41,471 bases of DNA, taken from assembly GCA_964010765.1 (NCBI GenBank), contig CAXGMD010000020.1, positions 1 to 41,471 on the forward strand, read 5' to 3'. A model generated the notes under the pieces. The model had not been told where the DNA came from, made no database searches, and worked only from the letters and a program-made list of their open reading frames with translations. The stretch's first letter is position 1. The number at the start of each line of letters is the position of its first letter. Of this stretch, positions 29,414-38,723 are shown piece by piece. Origin of the DNA: an uncultured bacterium (GTDB taxonomy: Bacteria > SAR324 > NAC60-12). Position numbers and translations under genes: made by a program.

Positions 29414-30730
29414 TCAGTAACCAGCTCTTCGTAGAATACGTTCTGCTCGCTGGCCTGCTTCTGCCATCAATTCCTCGACATTACCCCCCGTGGAGGCTTT
29501 TTGAATCGCATTCGAAAGCAAGTCTCCAATTTCAGGCCATTCAGGGATCTGAGGCATGATGTCAGAATTCGCAAGACTCAGAGCGGCGGCTTGCTGAATG
29601 TTGTCATTCGCAGCATTTACCTCAGGATCTACAAGGCTCTGCTTGTGGGTAACGACATTGTTCACGATTGCCTCACCCGCGACCTCTCGTTCAATGGCAT
29701 TTCTTCGGTCAAGCTCTGGATTAGAGAGCCACTTCAAGAACTCCCAGCTTGCCTCCTGGTTCTTTGAATGCTTCGAAATACTGAAAGGCATGCTGATCGC
29801 GTAAGTTACCGTTTCCCCCTTGTAGGAAGGCATCCCTATGAAAGCAACCTGCTCCTTCGACAAAGTAGACTGATTGGGGTTGTAGAATCCACTATAAGCC
29901 CACCACCAAACTGGGATCATAGCTGCTTTCCCTTGCGAAAATTGGATCCTTGCATCCTGTTCCACATTCGAAACAGCACCCTCCCCACAGATATCGTCAG
30001 AGGTATGCATTTCGATGTAGTCTTTGGTTGCTTGAATCGCTGCTGCAGTTGTCCAAGCGGGTTTCATTTGACTGTCAAAAACATCTCCTCCTGCTGCCCA
30101 GAGGTAGTTCAGCCAAATAAACAGGTTTTGTCTGTTGCCATCAGCCCCATAGTAACAGGCGAGTCCCCCAATTCCCTCTTTCTCCTTGATCATTTTCCCT
30201 GCGCTGACGACGTCAGCCCAAGTCTTTGGCTCACTCAGTCCATGCTTATCGAACAGATCTTTGCGATAGAACATTAACTGGGGATGGGCACGCAATGGGA
30301 ACCCTAAGGTTTCTCCCTGAAACATTGCACTCTTTTTAAATGCTTCAGGATAGCGATCCATGCTTATGCCATCTTGCTTTAACCATCCATCGATTGGTTG
30401 AAGCCAATAAGCATTTGCAGGCCCCCAGGAATCTAAATAGTTCACCACATCAAAATTACCATCAGCAGCTACTCCGACACTTGCTACCTTCTCCTGAAGG
30501 GAGACGAATGGGATATGAGTCCAATTAACAGTAATGCCTGTCAGGCTTTCAAACTCTTCATCCCGCAACTCGTAGGCTTTAAACTGTGGAGTGACAACCG
30601 AAAGAATATTTAAATTTGTACCAGCGTAAGGTTTTCCAGATTTAAGACCATAAGGAAGAATATTTTCAGCCGCAAACACGCTTGAAGCCATTAAGGAGCC
30701 ACACAAGAGGGCACAAAAGGTTTTCCACAT
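29414..30730 (-). CDS. Sugar ABC transporter substrate-binding protein (family 1)
   Basis: Signal peptide from ATG 30730 with GGAG upstream; FYRKDLF, PKTW, FSQGKAAM, WEFLKWL motifs. Confidence 0.9.
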   Translation of the reverse strand: MWKTFCALLCGSLMASSVFAAENILPYGLKSGKPYAGTNLNILSVVTPQFKAYELRDEEFESLTGITVNWTHIPFVSLQEKVASVGVAADGNFDVVNYLDSWGPANAYWLQPIDGWLKQDGISMDRYPEAFKKSAMFQGETLGFPLRAHPQLMFYRKDLFDKHGLSEPKTWADVVSAGKMIKEKEGIGGLACYYGADGNRQNLFIWLNYLWAAGGDVFDSQMKPAWTTAAAIQATKDYIEMHTSDDICGEGAVSNVEQDARIQFSQGKAAMIPVWWWAYSGFYNPNQSTLSKEQVAFIGMPSYKGETVTYAISMPFSISKHSKNQEASWEFLKWLSNPELDRRNAIEREVAGEAIVNNVVTHKQSLVDPEVNAANDNIQQAAALSLANSDIMPQIPEWPEIGDLLSNAIQKASTGGNVEELMAEAGQRAERILRRAGY

Positions 30731-30764
30731 TTTCAACTCCAAAAATTTATGAAAACAAAAAATG

Positions 30765-30780
30765 ATGAATGCCTATGCAA
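30765..30780. promoter_or_regulatory. Degenerate second copy of putative LacI-family operator
   Basis: ATGAATGCCTATGCAA matches TTGCATAGCTATGCAA at 12 of 16 positions; lies ~35 nt upstream of the SBP start. Confidence 0.5.
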
Positions 30781-30877
30781 ACATGCACACTACTGCCAAT
30801 CTCCGGCTTGAAGGTCAAGCGATTTTTTCTGTGCTTGATTTTTGGGTTGATTAAGCTTTTATTCGTACAACTTAAAT

Positions 30878-30893
30878 TTGCATAGCTATGCAA
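30878..30893. promoter_or_regulatory. Putative operator of the local LacI-family regulator
   Basis: Perfect 16-bp palindrome TTGCATAGCTATGCAA, 30 nt upstream of the ATG at 30924, within the divergent control region. Confidence 0.7.
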
Positions 30894-30923
30894 GCAATTT
30901 AAATCTAAGTGTAGAGGATTACG

Positions 30924-32201
30924 ATGATTCAGTATCTGAAAGAAGGGAGAAGTGCAGCAGATGCGAAGGCTGATCAATCAAAAGTTCGCCAGACTGTAGA
31001 ACAGATCCTTGCAGAGATAGAGTTGCGCGGGGACGCTGCTGTTCGGGAACTGGCTCAGAAATTTGATGGATGGACTCTTCCAAACTTCCGACTTAGTCCA
31101 GATGAAATTCAAGCTGCTTTAGGGGAGGTACCTAAATCTACCTTAGATGATATTCGCTTTGCCCAGACACAGATTCGTAATTTTGCCCAGATTCAGCGCT
31201 CAGCTTTACAAGATGTAGAAGTCGAAACGCTCCCAGGCGTTATTCTTGGCCATAAAAACCTCCCGGTAAACAGCGTCGGCTGTTATGTGCCTGGTGGGAA
31301 ATATCCAATGGTGGCCTCGGCTCACATGAGCGTGGTCACAGCAAAAGTTGCGGGAGTTCCGAGAATTATTGCATGTGCACCACCCTTTGAGGGCCGCCCA
31401 CATCCAGCAATCATTGCTGCAATGCACCTCGGTGGAGCTGATGAAATTTATTGTCTTGGGGGAGTGCAGGCAGTGGGGTCCATGGCTTTGGGAACAGAAT
31501 CGATAAAAGCCGTTGATATGTTAGTGGGGCCTGGAAATGCCTTTGTGGCAGAAGCGAAGAGGCAACTTTATGGTAGAGTCGGCATCGATCTTTTCGCTGG
31601 TCCCACAGAAACACTCATCATTGTTGATGAAAGTTGTGATGGGGAGCTTTGTGCTGCGGACCTGCTTGGCCAAGCTGAGCATGGTCTAAACTCGCCAGCA
31701 ATCCTTCTCACCAATTCTGAGAAACTCGCCAGAGAGACCATGGAAGAAGTCGAACGACAGCTAAAGATTCTTCCAACTGGCGAAATTGCTGGACAAGCTT
31801 GGCGGGATTTTGGACAAGTAATTGTCTGTGAAAGTTACGATGAAATGGTCACTAAAGCCGATGAAATTGCTTCTGAACACGTTCAAGTGATGACAAGGGA
31901 TCCCAACTTTTTCTTGGAAAGGATGACCAACTACGGAGCTTTATTCCTTGGCAAGGAAACGAATGTCGCCTACGGAGATAAAGTTATCGGAACGAACCAC
32001 ACACTCCCAACAAACAAGGCAGCTCGTTACACTGGAGGATTGTGGGTTGGTAAATTCCTCAAGACCTGCACCTACCAGTGGGTGAAGACACCTGAAGCGA
32101 GTACTCTAATTGGTGAATACTGCTCGAGACTCTGTGCTCTTGAAAACTTTGCGGGCCATAAGGAACAAGCAGACATTCGTGTTCGGCGCTACAAGCAGTG
32201 A
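30924..32201 (+). CDS. hisD: Histidinol dehydrogenase-family protein, probably a non-biosynthetic paralog (HpsN-like)
   Basis: [43 protein letters not shown]. Has GDKVIG and [13 protein letters not shown] instead of the canonical HisD GDYxAG and YPSSVLM; catabolic gene context. Confidence 0.85.
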   Translation: MIQYLKEGRSAADAKADQSKVRQTVEQILAEIELRGDAAVRELAQKFDGWTLPNFRLSPDEIQAALGEVPKSTLDDIRFAQTQIRNFAQIQRSALQDVEVETLPGVILGHKNLPVNSVGCYVPGGKYPMVASAHMSVVTAKVAGVPRIIACAPPFEGRPHPAIIAAMHLGGADEIYCLGGVQAVGSMALGTESIKAVDMLVGPGNAFVAEAKRQLYGRVGIDLFAGPTETLIIVDESCDGELCAADLLGQAEHGLNSPAILLTNSEKLARETMEEVERQLKILPTGEIAGQAWRDFGQVIVCESYDEMVTKADEIASEHVQVMTRDPNFFLERMTNYGALFLGKETNVAYGDKVIGTNHTLPTNKAARYTGGLWVGKFLKTCTYQWVKTPEASTLIGEYCSRLCALENFAGHKEQADIRVRRYKQ

Positions 32202-32223
32202 AACCAACTTTACGGCGTGATCT

Positions 32224-33285
32224 GTGGCTGAACGAAAAGTGAACGCAACCTCCACACAAGTGGCAAAATTAGCCGGGGTCTCTCAGTCAGCTGTTTCAAG
32301 AGCATTCACCCCTGGGGCAAGCATCGCCGAGAGTACCAGAAGAAAGGTTCTGCAGGCTGCCAGGAAGCTTGGCTATCAACCGAATGCGATCGCAAGAAGT
32401 CTAAGTACCAAGCGCTCTAAGATTATCGGGATCGTGATCGCTAATGTGACTACAAATCCCTTCTACCCGGAAGTCTTGGATGCCCTTAGTCGCCAATTCC
32501 AACAAAGGGGGCAACGAGTCATGCTCTTTGTTGTCACACGTGATCAAAACTTGGACGACATCCTCCCCCAACTTCTGGAATATCGTGTTGATGGAATTCT
32601 TCTCACAGCGGCAACACTCAGTTCCGCAATGGCTCATGAATGCGCACGCTTGGGTGTTCCAGTAACGTTGTTCAATCGTTCTGTTCCAGATGCCCATGCA
32701 AGCTCTTTTTGTTGCGACAATATTGAGGGGGGCCGAATGGCCGCAAGGCTTTTAATGAAATCTGGACATCATCAAGTAGCTTTCGTAGCAGGGAGTCATG
32801 ACACATCCACAAGTCTTGAGCGGGAAAGAGGATTCAGAGAAGAATTGAAAAAACATGGACTGGAACCCTATATCGAAATGGGGAATTTCAGCTATCATGG
32901 TGCATTTGACGCAGCTAGAAGATTAATGAACCTTCCAAAATCACCTGACGCAGTTTTTTGCGCTAATGACATCATGGCAATCGGGGTTTTGGATGCGCTT
33001 TGCCATGCCGAGCAGAAAAGAGTGCCTGAAGATGTATCCGTTATTGGTTTTGATGATATTCCAATGGCCGCCTGGCCCAGCTACAATCTAACTACCATTC
33101 GGCAACCCATTGAAAGAATGATCGATTCCGCAGTCAATGATCTTCTTGATCGCATAAACCAAGACAACATGGCCCCAAAGCAAGAGTTAGTTGCTGGAGA
33201 TTTAGTTGTCCGTTCTTCAGCAAAGTTACCCTCAGGACTTTCATCTGGTTGGGTAATTTCAACTTCTGAAACCAGAAATGTCTGA
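32224..33285 (+). CDS. LacI-family transcriptional regulator
   Basis: HTH VAKLAGVSQSAVSRAF, LGYQPNAIARSL, NPFY, FCANDIMAIG, VIGFDDI, LTTIRQP. Confidence 0.95.
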   Translation: MAERKVNATSTQVAKLAGVSQSAVSRAFTPGASIAESTRRKVLQAARKLGYQPNAIARSLSTKRSKIIGIVIANVTTNPFYPEVLDALSRQFQQRGQRVMLFVVTRDQNLDDILPQLLEYRVDGILLTAATLSSAMAHECARLGVPVTLFNRSVPDAHASSFCCDNIEGGRMAARLLMKSGHHQVAFVAGSHDTSTSLERERGFREELKKHGLEPYIEMGNFSYHGAFDAARRLMNLPKSPDAVFCANDIMAIGVLDALCHAEQKRVPEDVSVIGFDDIPMAAWPSYNLTTIRQPIERMIDSAVNDLLDRINQDNMAPKQELVAGDLVVRSSAKLPSGLSSGWVISTSETRNV

Positions 33286-34207
33286 GCATTCAACAATGAA
33301 ACTCATTGACGCTCACCACCATCTCTGGGAACCACAGGCGTTGCCTTATGGGTGGCTGCGCCAGCTTGGCCAACCAAAGCCATTCGGCGATCCCACGGCG
33401 ATTCAACGAAATTATCTTCCTAAAGATTACCTCGACGATGCTGGACAAGCTGAAGACGTTGAGTTGATTTCGACCGTGCATGTTCAGGCGGATGGAGCGC
33501 TGCCAGATCCGGTAGCTGAAACTCTTTGGTTGGAGAGCCTCAAATCCACTATCCCTTCCGCAATTGTTGGATTCGCTGACTTGGCAAGTCCTGATTTACC
33601 CAAAGTTTTGGAAGGACATGCCCAATCTCCTCGATTCCGTGGTGTTCGTCAAATCATCGGAAAACTGGCTGACCGCCCGGATCTTTCTTTCACCTTAGAC
33701 GATCTACTTGAAAAATCTGCCTGGCAAAATGGGTTTTCCCTTTTGAAGGAATTTAATCTGAGTTTCGATCTGCAACTCTATCCTGAACAAATGGAAGGTG
33801 CTGCTCAGTTTTTGGGAAAGCATCCGGAAACAAAAGTCGTGATCGATCATGCCGGTTGTCCTTATGACCAAACTGATCAAGGTCTTGAACTTTGGGGAGT
33901 TGGTGTAGAACAGCTTTCTCAACTCGAGAACGTGCATGTCAAACTTTCAGGCTTTGGGATGTATACCAAGGATTGGGATGCTGAAAATACAGAAAGAATT
34001 TTTCAAAAGTTATATCAAACTTTTGGAGCAGGGCGCTTGATGTGGGGGAGCAACTTTCCTGTTGATCGACTGATGCAGAGTTATGGACATTGTGTAAAGC
34101 AACTTCAGACTTGGTTAGCTTCCCTTTCTAAAGATGAGCAAGATGATATAGCTTGGCGCTCAGCTGCGAAGTTTTATCGTCTGGACATAGGCAAGTCTCA
34201 TGGCTGA
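33278..34207 (+). CDS. Amidohydrolase_2 family protein (COG3618, sugar-lactonase-like)
   Basis: IDAHHHLW, FRGVRQ, SFDLQ, IDHAG, VKLSG, MWGSNFPVD. Confidence 0.85.
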   Translation: MSEHSTMKLIDAHHHLWEPQALPYGWLRQLGQPKPFGDPTAIQRNYLPKDYLDDAGQAEDVELISTVHVQADGALPDPVAETLWLESLKSTIPSAIVGFADLASPDLPKVLEGHAQSPRFRGVRQIIGKLADRPDLSFTLDDLLEKSAWQNGFSLLKEFNLSFDLQLYPEQMEGAAQFLGKHPETKVVIDHAGCPYDQTDQGLELWGVGVEQLSQLENVHVKLSGFGMYTKDWDAENTERIFQKLYQTFGAGRLMWGSNFPVDRLMQSYGHCVKQLQTWLASLSKDEQDDIAWRSAAKFYRLDIGKSHG

Positions 34208-35252
34208 TCTTGAACTACGAAAAATTTGGAAGCGCTGGGGTGATTTTGTTGCTGTCAGGGATTTTGAGCTGGAGATCTCTGACCGGGAATTCTTGGTCCT
34301 GCTAGGACCTTCAGGTTGTGGCAAAACGACCACAATGAGGATGATCGCTGGGTTAGAAGATCCGACTTCGGGGGAAATTTTCATCGGTGGGAGAAGGGTC
34401 AACGACTTGGAGCCCAAGGATCGGGATGTGTCGATGGTCTTCCAGAACTACGGTTTGTATCCAAATCTGAATGTCTACGACAACATCTGTTTTCCGCTCA
34501 AGGTCAGAAAAGTTCGGAAGGCAGAGCAGGATCAGCGTGTTCGAAAGGCTGCCGGCATGGTCGAACTCAACGACTTGCTGGACCGACGCCCTGCCGAACT
34601 ATCTGGGGGTCAAAGACAACGGGTTGCTCTGGCTCGAGCCATTGTTCGGGAACCCAATGTCTTTCTGATGGACGAACCACTCTCCAATCTGGATGCGAAG
34701 CTGAGGATCTCGACTCGGGCTCAGATCAAAAACCTCCAATATGAGCTACAGGTCACCACGGTTTACGTAACTCACGACCAAACAGAAGCAATGACTCTCG
34801 CTGACCGAGTTGTTGTGATGAATCACGGAGAAATTCAACAAGTTGGGTCTCCCTTGGAGATTTACGATCGGCCCCAAAATGTTTTTGTTGCAGGTTTCAT
34901 TGGAAGCCCTCCGATGAACCTGATCGAGGGGAGCATTCAGGAAGGCCAATTCGTTTGTGAACTGAACAAAGGTTTTCCGCTATCGGGACCTGAAGGCCCG
35001 ATAACGCTTGGTTTTCGTGCAGAGGACGCCGAAATCATCTCGGAAGGTGGTCAATTGAAGGGGCTTGTATACGCAATGGAATTGCTGGGCGATGCCACCC
35101 TGATCACCTTGCGAACCGGGGGCAGCTTGGTGTGTGTCAAGATGCCGAAAGATTTTCGAGCCACGATGGGACAGGAACTGCCGGTCTTTTTAAAACCAGC
35201 TGCCTGCCATCTTTTTGAGAAGGATTCAGGACACCGTCTGAATAAATCCTGA
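34200..35252 (+). CDS. CUT1 sugar ABC transporter ATP-binding protein (second copy)
   Basis: GPSGCGKT, LSGGQRQR, DEPLSNLDAKLR, VTHDQ, FIGSPPMN. Confidence 0.95.
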   Translation: MADLELRKIWKRWGDFVAVRDFELEISDREFLVLLGPSGCGKTTTMRMIAGLEDPTSGEIFIGGRRVNDLEPKDRDVSMVFQNYGLYPNLNVYDNICFPLKVRKVRKAEQDQRVRKAAGMVELNDLLDRRPAELSGGQRQRVALARAIVREPNVFLMDEPLSNLDAKLRISTRAQIKNLQYELQVTTVYVTHDQTEAMTLADRVVVMNHGEIQQVGSPLEIYDRPQNVFVAGFIGSPPMNLIEGSIQEGQFVCELNKGFPLSGPEGPITLGFRAEDAEIISEGGQLKGLVYAMELLGDATLITLRTGGSLVCVKMPKDFRATMGQELPVFLKPAACHLFEKDSGHRLNKS

Positions 35253-35283
35253 ATCCAACAATTTTTTTCCTACGAGAGGAACC

Positions 35284-36501
35284 ATGATGAAAAAATTCCT
35301 GACGATCGCGGTCACCCTGTCAGCCTTCGTGGCTGTTCCAATGATAGGCTTCGCCGCCTGTGATTTTAAACCTTCCAGTAAGGTGAGTTTACTGGCAAAC
35401 AGTTTTGCTGCCTGGAAAGCCGTCTCTGATGCAATGAGCGAATGTGGAAATTTTGAAGCAGAATTAGATGCAGAGTTTAGGAAAAAACAGCCGGATGCAT
35501 TTGCTGCAAATCCTTCACTTTACCAACTTGGTGGGGTTTCCAATGGAACGATTCAACCTCTACTGTCTGCTGGCACCATTCGGCCACTTAATGATCTGGT
35601 AGCCAAGTATGGTAAAGATCTTCAACCCAATCAGTTGATTCGTATCAATGGACAAATCATGGCGATCGCTATGATGGTGAACAATCAACACTTGATGTAC
35701 CGAGAGGATATCTTCAAATCTTTGGGATTGGAGGTGCCAACTACTTACTTTGAGTTGCTTTCAGCAGCGGACAAAGTAGCTGCTTCGGGAAAAGTTCAAT
35801 ATGCTTTGGGCGGAACCTACAAAGCCGGATGGAACTTAGCTGAGGAGTTCGTGAATATGTACATGGGTATGGGAGGCGATTTTTTTGATGGATCCAAACC
35901 ATCTATAAATAACGTAATGGGTATCCGCACACTTGAAATGATGCGTAATCTAACCCACTACATGGATCCAGAGTACCTTGTTGCAGATTCCACTTATGTT
36001 CAGCAGCAGTTCCAACAGGGTAAAATTGCAATGGCAGTTTTGTGGGCTACGAGGGCCGCAGCAATGGATGATGCCAAGGAAAGCCAGGTTGTAGGAAAAG
36101 TTAAGATGGCTGCCGCACCATCCCCTGTATCGGGAGCGCTGCCTGCCTCAACACTCTGGTGGGATGGAGTTGTGCTTGCCAAGAATATGACAGACCAGCA
36201 AGCGGATGAGGCCTTTCAGCTATTGATGGAAGGAATCGACCGTGAAATGGTCACTAATAACAACGATGCTGCTGTCTGGTTGATCAATGGCTATAAACCT
36301 GGCCCCATGGCAATGGGGGCCGCTGAAACAGCTGAAAACGGTGCCTTACCTTATCCAAATGGAGTTGAAATGGGTTTGATGCACACCGCTCTCGGAAATA
36401 ACGTTGCAGATTTCCTTAAAGGCAAAGAGACAGCTGAGCAAACGCTTTTGGACATTGAGGCAGAATACACAACCGCAGCCAAAGAAAAAGGATTGCTCTA
36501 A
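35284..36501 (+). CDS. Sugar ABC transporter substrate-binding protein
   Basis: RBS GAGGA; signal peptide; LMYREDIF, PTTY, FQQGKIAM; position within an ABC cassette. Confidence 0.88.
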   Translation: MMKKFLTIAVTLSAFVAVPMIGFAACDFKPSSKVSLLANSFAAWKAVSDAMSECGNFEAELDAEFRKKQPDAFAANPSLYQLGGVSNGTIQPLLSAGTIRPLNDLVAKYGKDLQPNQLIRINGQIMAIAMMVNNQHLMYREDIFKSLGLEVPTTYFELLSAADKVAASGKVQYALGGTYKAGWNLAEEFVNMYMGMGGDFFDGSKPSINNVMGIRTLEMMRNLTHYMDPEYLVADSTYVQQQFQQGKIAMAVLWATRAAAMDDAKESQVVGKVKMAAAPSPVSGALPASTLWWDGVVLAKNMTDQQADEAFQLLMEGIDREMVTNNNDAAVWLINGYKPGPMAMGAAETAENGALPYPNGVEMGLMHTALGNNVADFLKGKETAEQTLLDIEAEYTTAAKEKGLL

Positions 36502-36516
36502 AGCAAGTTCGATCCT

Positions 36517-37545
36517 ATGAAGCATCGGACTTTTATTGGATTTATTGGCCCATCTTTGTTTTTAATGGCCCTGTTTATTGCAGGGCCATTATTCAGTGTT
36601 TTCTGGCAGAGTCTTCATGTCACTCAACCAATCTATATTCAGGTGGAGACTGAAGTTTGTACTCCCGGTTTCCTATCCCAAAAGTGTACAACTGAAATTC
36701 AAACTCAACCTCAAATGGGGCCTGATGGCAAGATCATCACAGAAACTAAATTTGCTGGTTTTGAAAGTTATCGATCTTTACTCAAACCGGAATTATTTTT
36801 AAAACACTTCTCGCAACAGGAATGGTCTGAATTAAATAATATCAATTTTTACAAGGCACTACGCTTCACACTCACATTCACCTTGATAACACTCCCCATC
36901 GTCCTAATTCTGGGATTGCTCATCGCCCTGAGTGTCAACCAAGCTTTGCAATCACTTCGAGGGCCAATCATCTTCATTTCGTTACTTCCTTTTGTGATTA
37001 CACCCGTTATTGGCGCTCTATCCATTCGTTGGCTTTTTGTTGGAGACGGTATTCTTACCACTTTATTTGAGTGGTTATTGGAAAGAGACATATCCATGTT
37101 CGCGCAGGGTTGGACCATTGAAATTTTGATGTTGGGCTATCGGGTTTGGCACGTTGCACCATTTGCCTTCATTGTATTTTATGCCGGTCTTCAAACGGTT
37201 AGTCGTGATACTCTTGAAAGTGCCATTGTCGATGGAGCGACCCGCTGGCAAAGGCTAAGGCTGGTGATTTTACCTCACCTAAGTCCGCTGATACTCTTTG
37301 TAAGCATTATCCATCTAATGGATTCCTACCGGGTTTTCGAAGAGGTTATTGGTTTCCGCAGTGAAGCCCACGTTATCTCACTCCAGTGGCTCACCTACGA
37401 TCTACTAATTCCAGATGACACGGGCAACCGTCTAATCAGCAGAGCTTCTGCCTCCTCGATGCTGACCATGATTGGCATAATTCTTCTGTTGATCTTCCCG
37501 TTGCGCCGAAGTTGGCGTGAGCATAAGCTGCTTAAAAGGGGTTAA
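36517..37545 (+). CDS. Carbohydrate ABC transporter permease (MalF-like) with extended periplasmic loop
   Basis: WHVAPF, ESAIVDGA, DSYRVF; Cys-containing insert after TM1. Confidence 0.88.
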   Translation: MKHRTFIGFIGPSLFLMALFIAGPLFSVFWQSLHVTQPIYIQVETEVCTPGFLSQKCTTEIQTQPQMGPDGKIITETKFAGFESYRSLLKPELFLKHFSQQEWSELNNINFYKALRFTLTFTLITLPIVLILGLLIALSVNQALQSLRGPIIFISLLPFVITPVIGALSIRWLFVGDGILTTLFEWLLERDISMFAQGWTIEILMLGYRVWHVAPFAFIVFYAGLQTVSRDTLESAIVDGATRWQRLRLVILPHLSPLILFVSIIHLMDSYRVFEEVIGFRSEAHVISLQWLTYDLLIPDDTGNRLISRASASSMLTMIGIILLLIFPLRRSWREHKLLKRG

Positions 37546-37546
37546 G

Positions 37547-38695
37547 ATGCAAATGAACATCGAACACCCTAAAAGCATCCAACTTTCAAAATCCCTCAAG
37601 ATACTCAGCAACGGATTTCTGGGCATTTGGTGTCTGATCGCGGTTTTTCCGCTGCTCTGGATTACGTTGATGAGCCTGAAGTATCCTCTTGATGCTTTCT
37701 CAGCCAATCCGCTGGTGGTGATTTTTGGCCCAGGAACACTATCCGCTGGTGCTTCAATCAACTTATTCGATTTGCTGTTGGTAATTCTTTGGGTGGTGGT
37801 GGCATCTCTGGGAATAAAACGCTGGCAGGCAGAAAAAAATCTGGGATCCAAAAATTGGTTGTACCTTGTTATCTCAATCGGATGGCTTTTTGCTGCTGTT
37901 GTCTTTACTGAGCTTAGTGTTGCTTTGAAGGAGCTGCTGGGAGCCGACTTTTTCTTAATGACTCCCTTGTTGGGGATGACCACTGAGCATTTCCAATCAG
38001 TTTGGATCGAACAGGAATTCTACAGACAATTCTTGAATTCACTGCTTGTAACTACCGGAGTCGTCAGCATTTCGCTGACAGTGGGAACATTGGCGGGCTA
38101 TGGATTGGCTCGCTCTGGTTCAAACTGGGCATTCTGGATTCTCATGACTGCCCTGGTTTTCCGGGCTCTACCACACTCTGTGCTGGTTTCTGGCTACCTC
38201 CCATGGTTCATCAATTCAGCCGAATGGCTACGACCTATTTTTGGCGAAGCCGCACCGACCTTATATGGCCAACCTTGGGCGATCATTGTGGTTCTCGCAT
38301 CGATCAACCAGCCTTTCACAATCTGGATGCTCCGTTCATTCTTTCAGAACATCCCAAGGGAATTGGATGAAGCGGCGCGTATTGATGGCTGTTCGCATGG
38401 AGAAGCCTTTGTGCGAGTGATAATTCCAGTCATGTGGCCGGGAGTCCTGACAGCAGGACTTTTCAGTTTTTTACTGGCTTACAACGACTACTTGGTTGCG
38501 GCTCTGTTGCTGGATGCCCAAAACCAGACGATGGTTCCCGCGATTTCTGGATACTTCAATCGTGAAACAACCTCGACAGACCAGGTGGAAGCCGTCGCTG
38601 CAGCAGTATCGATTACCGCACCACTTTTTGTTTTGGTAATGGTCTTTCAAAAGCAACTCGTTTCTGGCCTGACTCAAGGGGCCGTCAAGGGTTGA
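37547..38695 (+). CDS. Carbohydrate ABC transporter permease (MalG-like) with hydrophobic insertion
   Basis: FLNSLLVT, IWMLRSFFQNIPRELDEAARIDG, LAYNDY, GLTQGAVKG; ATG 37547 preferred. Confidence 0.88.
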   Translation: MQMNIEHPKSIQLSKSLKILSNGFLGIWCLIAVFPLLWITLMSLKYPLDAFSANPLVVIFGPGTLSAGASINLFDLLLVILWVVVASLGIKRWQAEKNLGSKNWLYLVISIGWLFAAVVFTELSVALKELLGADFFLMTPLLGMTTEHFQSVWIEQEFYRQFLNSLLVTTGVVSISLTVGTLAGYGLARSGSNWAFWILMTALVFRALPHSVLVSGYLPWFINSAEWLRPIFGEAAPTLYGQPWAIIVVLASINQPFTIWMLRSFFQNIPRELDEAARIDGCSHGEAFVRVIIPVMWPGVLTAGLFSFLLAYNDYLVAALLLDAQNQTMVPAISGYFNRETTSTDQVEAVAAAVSITAPLFVLVMVFQKQLVSGLTQGAVKG

Positions 38696-38723
38696 AGAAA
38701 ATCTTCAGTGTCAGGATTATCCA

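Noticed and set aside
12509..32201. hisE and the hisD-like gene as parts of a histidine operon
   Set aside because: They are 18 kb apart with no other his genes, and the HisD homolog has non-canonical motifs and a catabolic context.
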